Source: Candidatus Bipolaricaulia bacterium
GTDB taxonomy: Bacteria; Bipolaricaulota; Bipolaricaulia; RBG-16-55-9
Reading direction: 5' to 3'
DNA: 28,050 bases
NCBI GenBank assembly: GCA_042219045.1
Contig: JBDGQO010000034.1
Coordinates: forward strand, 15,011-43,060
Shown here: piece after piece, positions 24,787-28,050 of the stretch
Numbering within the stretch: the stretch's first letter is position 1
How the letters are laid out: the number at the start of each line of letters is the position of its first letter
Position numbers and translations under genes: made by a program
The notes under the pieces: generated by a model
Told to the model about the DNA's origin: nothing
Seen by the model: the letters and a program-made list of their open reading frames with translations, nothing else
Database searches by the model: none

Positions 24787-25668
24787 TCAGCGGGAACCCG
24801 AGGCCGGCGTCCACGCGATCAGCGCCGCGGCCACCCACGTCGGGCGCGGCGTCTCGTAGAGCTGGCTGGCGTCGGTGTAGGTCAGATCCAGAATCTCGCC
24901 CGTCATCGGCCCGCGAACATATCGAAAGACTTGCCCCGCGTCGCGGGCGTCGCTCTTGGCGTCCACGCAATGGGCGTTGTAGCCCCAATAGTCGCCCGCA
25001 GCCAGGATCTCGATCCCCTCGTTGATCCGCTGCTCCGCATAAGCAAGGCCCTCGTCGTCCGGATGATAGGACTCCTCGGGCGCGTCGCCGTAGCCGATCC
25101 CGTGATGGAACGGATCCGCCGTGGAGACGATCACGGCGTCCTCGGCGATGTCCCGGAGTTCCTCGATCCCGGGCAGCGTGTCGGGCCGGCCGCCGGCCAG
25201 ATACGGGTAGCGCTCGATCACCTCGGGGCCGTCGATGCCGCGTCGCTGCGTTTCGGCCGCCCAGAAGTGCCGGAAGCTCATGAGCGCGTGGTCCTGCGTC
25301 CACTGATGCGAGCCGGGGAGACCGGGCCCTTGGATCCCGCGCAGCGGCTCCTGTTCCAGATCGACGCCCCCTTGGGCCACCCGATGGCGCGCTTCGTCCA
25401 TGGCCTCGGTAAGCGCGTGGAGCACGCTCACCACCAGAACCCGATCGGCGCCGCTGTCCAAGCAGGCGTGAACGACGGCCGCGATCTGATGGCCGCAGTC
25501 GGCGACGCCCGCGTGCGGAAAGACCAGCACCCCGCCCTGCTCCAACACGGGCGCGAGCTCCCATTCGCGGCCCTGCTCCAGCAGTTGCAACGTTCCGTCC
25601 TCGCCGAGCGCCTCATGCTCCTCACGATAGAGCGTTTGAATCTTCTGTCGGAGGCGATCGCGATCCAT
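24787..25668 (-). CDS. Hypothetical protein, possibly divergent Memo/LigB-like metalloprotein
   Basis: FPHAG, VLH, DHAL and STADPFHHG echo the Memo-family motifs PHAG, GxxH, EHS and SSDxxH; ATG 25668 directly follows the peptidase stop. Confidence 0.55.
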   Translation of the reverse strand: MDRDRLRQKIQTLYREEHEALGEDGTLQLLEQGREWELAPVLEQGGVLVFPHAGVADCGHQIAAVVHACLDSGADRVLVVSVLHALTEAMDEARHRVAQGGVDLEQEPLRGIQGPGLPGSHQWTQDHALMSFRHFWAAETQRRGIDGPEVIERYPYLAGGRPDTLPGIEELRDIAEDAVIVSTADPFHHGIGYGDAPEESYHPDDEGLAYAEQRINEGIEILAAGDYWGYNAHCVDAKSDARDAGQVFRYVRGPMTGEILDLTYTDASQLYETPRPTWVAAALIAWTPASGSR

Positions 25669-25669
25669 G

Positions 25670-27640
25670 TCAGTCCGCCTCGCTCTCGGCCTCGCCGATG
25701 TGACGCTCAAACCAGTCGAGCGTCCGTTGGAAATACTCCGCCCGCAGCTTCGGATGCCCCATGCGCAGAAACAGGTGCGAACAGTCGGGGAAACGGACGA
25801 ACTCGACGGTCTTGCCCAAGCGCTTGAGCGCCGTGAAGTACTGCTCGCTCTGCCCGATGGGGCAACGATAATCGACCTCGCCGTGCAGCAGCAATACGGG
25901 CGTCTCCACGTGGGGCGCGTACGTCAATGGCGAGTGCTCAACAAACCAGTCGAGCGCGTCCATGCGCGTGCCGCCCCACTGGACTTCCCCGAACGGAACG
26001 CCGATATCGGCCGTGCCGTAGAAGCTCGGCAGGTCCGTGCAGGGGGCACCCACGACCGCGGCGCCGAAGCGCTGATCGTGACCGACGATCCAGGAGCTCA
26101 TGAAGCCGCCGTAGCTGTAGCCGTGCACCCCGAGCCGGGCGTCGTCGACATACGGCCGCTCGCAGACCGCGTCCACGGCGTCGAGGATGTCTTGATGGTC
26201 CTCGCCGCCCCAGTCGCGCAGCACGGCCTTGACGAAGTCATCCCCGTATGTTGAGGAGCCGCGCGGATTGACGCACAGCACCAGATAGCCCTGGGTGGCC
26301 AAGATCTGCTGGATCGAGTTGAACGTGTCGTAGAACGCGCCGTGCGGGCCGCCGTGGATCTCGACCACCAGCGGATACTGACGAGATTCGTCGAAGTCGG
26401 GCGGGAAAAGCAGCCGCGACTCGATCGTCATCCCGGCCCGCTCACGCTCCAGCTTCTCAACATGGGCGGTCGGGTGCTCATCGAAGTAGGCATCGTTGGC
26501 GTGGGTCAATCGATGGATCGGGGCTTGCCCGTCCTCGAGCAGATAGAGGTCGCCGGCGGAGTGATAGGGCGCGCCCTGGAGGACGGCCCGCTCGCCCGCG
26601 GCGTCGAACGCCACCTCTAGCATCGCCATCTTGCCGCCGCCCAACGCCCGCAGTTCCCCGGACGATGAGTCCAGCTCAAAGAGGAACGACTCGCCCCGTT
26701 GATCCGCCAGGAATCGCACGCGGTCGTCGTCGCGCCAGTGGATCACGGGCCCGGGCATGATCGGCGGAAAGCCGCCTGCCGGTTTGATCGAGGGATCGGT
26801 CAAGCGCTTCGGCGCCGCGTCCGCGGCGAGCGCATAGAGCGTCCCCTGAAACATGGCCGACATGTCCGGATCGGCGGAGCCGACCGCGAGCAAGCGCTCG
26901 CCCTCGGGCGACCATGCGAGGTTCGAAACTGACAGCAGCCCCTCGGACCAACAGACCGCCTCGCCGCCAGCGGCCGAGATCACATAGACCTCGTTGAATT
27001 CGGTTTCCTCTCGGTCCTCGCGTCGGTCGGAGAGGAATGCGATCGACTCGCCATCGGGAGACCAGACCGGCGAGGTGTCGTCCCAGTCGCCGTCGGTCAG
27101 TTGCCGAGGTTCCTGATCGCTGAGATCGACGATGAACAGATGGCGATGGGCGTCGCCGCGCCAGCCGAGCGTGTCGAACCGATAATTGAGCCGCCGAGCG
27201 ACGCGCGTCCGTGGGTCTTTCTGCGGGTCGTGATCATCCGGCGGACGATCCGGATCGACGTCCGAGACGAGCGCCAGTCGTCGCGCGTCGGGGGCCCAGG
27301 CGAACTCGCTGACGCCGCCGGGCAGATCCGAGCATGGGCGCGCTTCACCGCCGGATGGGGGAATGAGCCAGAGCTGTCTGCGTTCGTGGTCGTCGGGACG
27401 CAGGAACGCAACCCACGCGCCGTCGGGCGAAAACCGAGGATGGCTGTCGCGCTCGCCCTGCGTGAACGGCTCCGGCGTTCCATCGGGAAGCCGCATGCGC
27501 ATCAGTTGGGATCGAGTTTTCATCTCGTCTTGATCGACGGACGACTGCACGAAGACCAACTCGCTCCCTTCAGGCGAGAGGGTTGGCTGGGGAACGCTGG
27601 TGAGTTCGTAGACGAGGTCGGGGGTGATCGGTTGGGACAT
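25670..27640 (-). CDS. S9 family peptidase (acylaminoacyl/dipeptidyl peptidase) with N-terminal beta-propeller
   Basis: SPDG/SPEG propeller repeats, IHGGPH, NPRGS, GYSYGG nucleophile, HGEVDYRCP, FPDCSH. Confidence 0.95.
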   Translation of the reverse strand: MSQPITPDLVYELTSVPQPTLSPEGSELVFVQSSVDQDEMKTRSQLMRMRLPDGTPEPFTQGERDSHPRFSPDGAWVAFLRPDDHERRQLWLIPPSGGEARPCSDLPGGVSEFAWAPDARRLALVSDVDPDRPPDDHDPQKDPRTRVARRLNYRFDTLGWRGDAHRHLFIVDLSDQEPRQLTDGDWDDTSPVWSPDGESIAFLSDRREDREETEFNEVYVISAAGGEAVCWSEGLLSVSNLAWSPEGERLLAVGSADPDMSAMFQGTLYALAADAAPKRLTDPSIKPAGGFPPIMPGPVIHWRDDDRVRFLADQRGESFLFELDSSSGELRALGGGKMAMLEVAFDAAGERAVLQGAPYHSAGDLYLLEDGQAPIHRLTHANDAYFDEHPTAHVEKLERERAGMTIESRLLFPPDFDESRQYPLVVEIHGGPHGAFYDTFNSIQQILATQGYLVLCVNPRGSSTYGDDFVKAVLRDWGGEDHQDILDAVDAVCERPYVDDARLGVHGYSYGGFMSSWIVGHDQRFGAAVVGAPCTDLPSFYGTADIGVPFGEVQWGGTRMDALDWFVEHSPLTYAPHVETPVLLLHGEVDYRCPIGQSEQYFTALKRLGKTVEFVRFPDCSHLFLRMGHPKLRAEYFQRTLDWFERHIGEAESEAD

Positions 27641-27733
27641 GGCGAACGCTCCTCAGGTTCGGGGGTGTCGATCAGGCTAGGCGGTCACCGGCGACGGGGG
27701 CAAGTCGGAGCAACACAGGCGCGCCCACGGCGC

Positions 27734-28050
27734 TCATCCGTCGATCCGTTTCAGTTCTCCCGGCTGCTCGCGCACCTTGACTGACTGCTCCTCCAGCGCC
27801 ACGACGTAGCGGCCGTCCTCGTCGACCTGAACGATCCGTCCGGGCCCGGAACGGGTCTGCACGCGATCGTCAACGGCAAAATGCGTTGGCGGCGAAGGGG
27901 GCCGCCCATTGCGGCGCGACGTCGACGCCGGAGCTCCCCTGAATTCGGTCCAATCCAGTTCCAGCTCCTTGGTAAGATCCTCAGGCACGACGAGACGCTC
28001 GATCGCGCGCGTCATCGCCACATACGCCACGTTGGCTTCCTCATCCACGC
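27734..28050 (-). CDS. UvrD/REP-like helicase, C-terminal part only (runs off window)
   Basis: EEANVAYVAMTRA motif VI followed by a short Tudor/KOW-like tail (FAVDDRVQTRSGPGRIV). Confidence 0.8.
   Translation of the reverse strand, partial: VDEEANVAYVAMTRAIERLVVPEDLTKELELDWTEFRGAPASTSRRNGRPPSPPTHFAVDDRVQTRSGPGRIVQVDEDGRYVVALEEQSVKVREQPGELKRIDG

Noticed and set aside
1..28050. CRISPR arrays, tRNA/rRNA genes, transposases, integrases
   Set aside because: No regularly spaced repeats, RNA gene signatures or mobile-element proteins were seen.

Overview
High-GC bacterial window with about 26 genes and no rRNA, tRNA, mobile element or CRISPR. Left end: a c-type cytochrome cluster with an 11-heme membrane-anchored cytochrome coupled to a di-heme b cytochrome (split CbcL-like architecture), two tandem paralogous tri-heme cytochromes and a tetraheme cytochrome, with mobA in between. 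Next come a modABC-moaD-ptb-buk operon, a membrane class III cyclase and three secreted proteins. Then a xanthorhodopsin-like DTE proton-pump rhodopsin with a DUF4397-like gene, an Rrf2-feoB-feoA operon whose Feo proteins carry extra Cys-rich segments, a DinG helicase, a peroxiredoxin-like protein, a Memo-like protein, an S9 peptidase and the end of a UvrD-like helicase. The most striking signal is a shared FNR/CRP-like palindrome (WTGAB-N4-RTCAW) lying 21-23 nt upstream of a -10 box at five separate promoters: three cytochrome c genes, the rhodopsin and the feo operon. This suggests one regulon, possibly anoxia-responsive, joining light-driven proton pumping, multiheme electron transfer and Fe(II) uptake. 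All calls come from reading motifs by eye; no database search was run.
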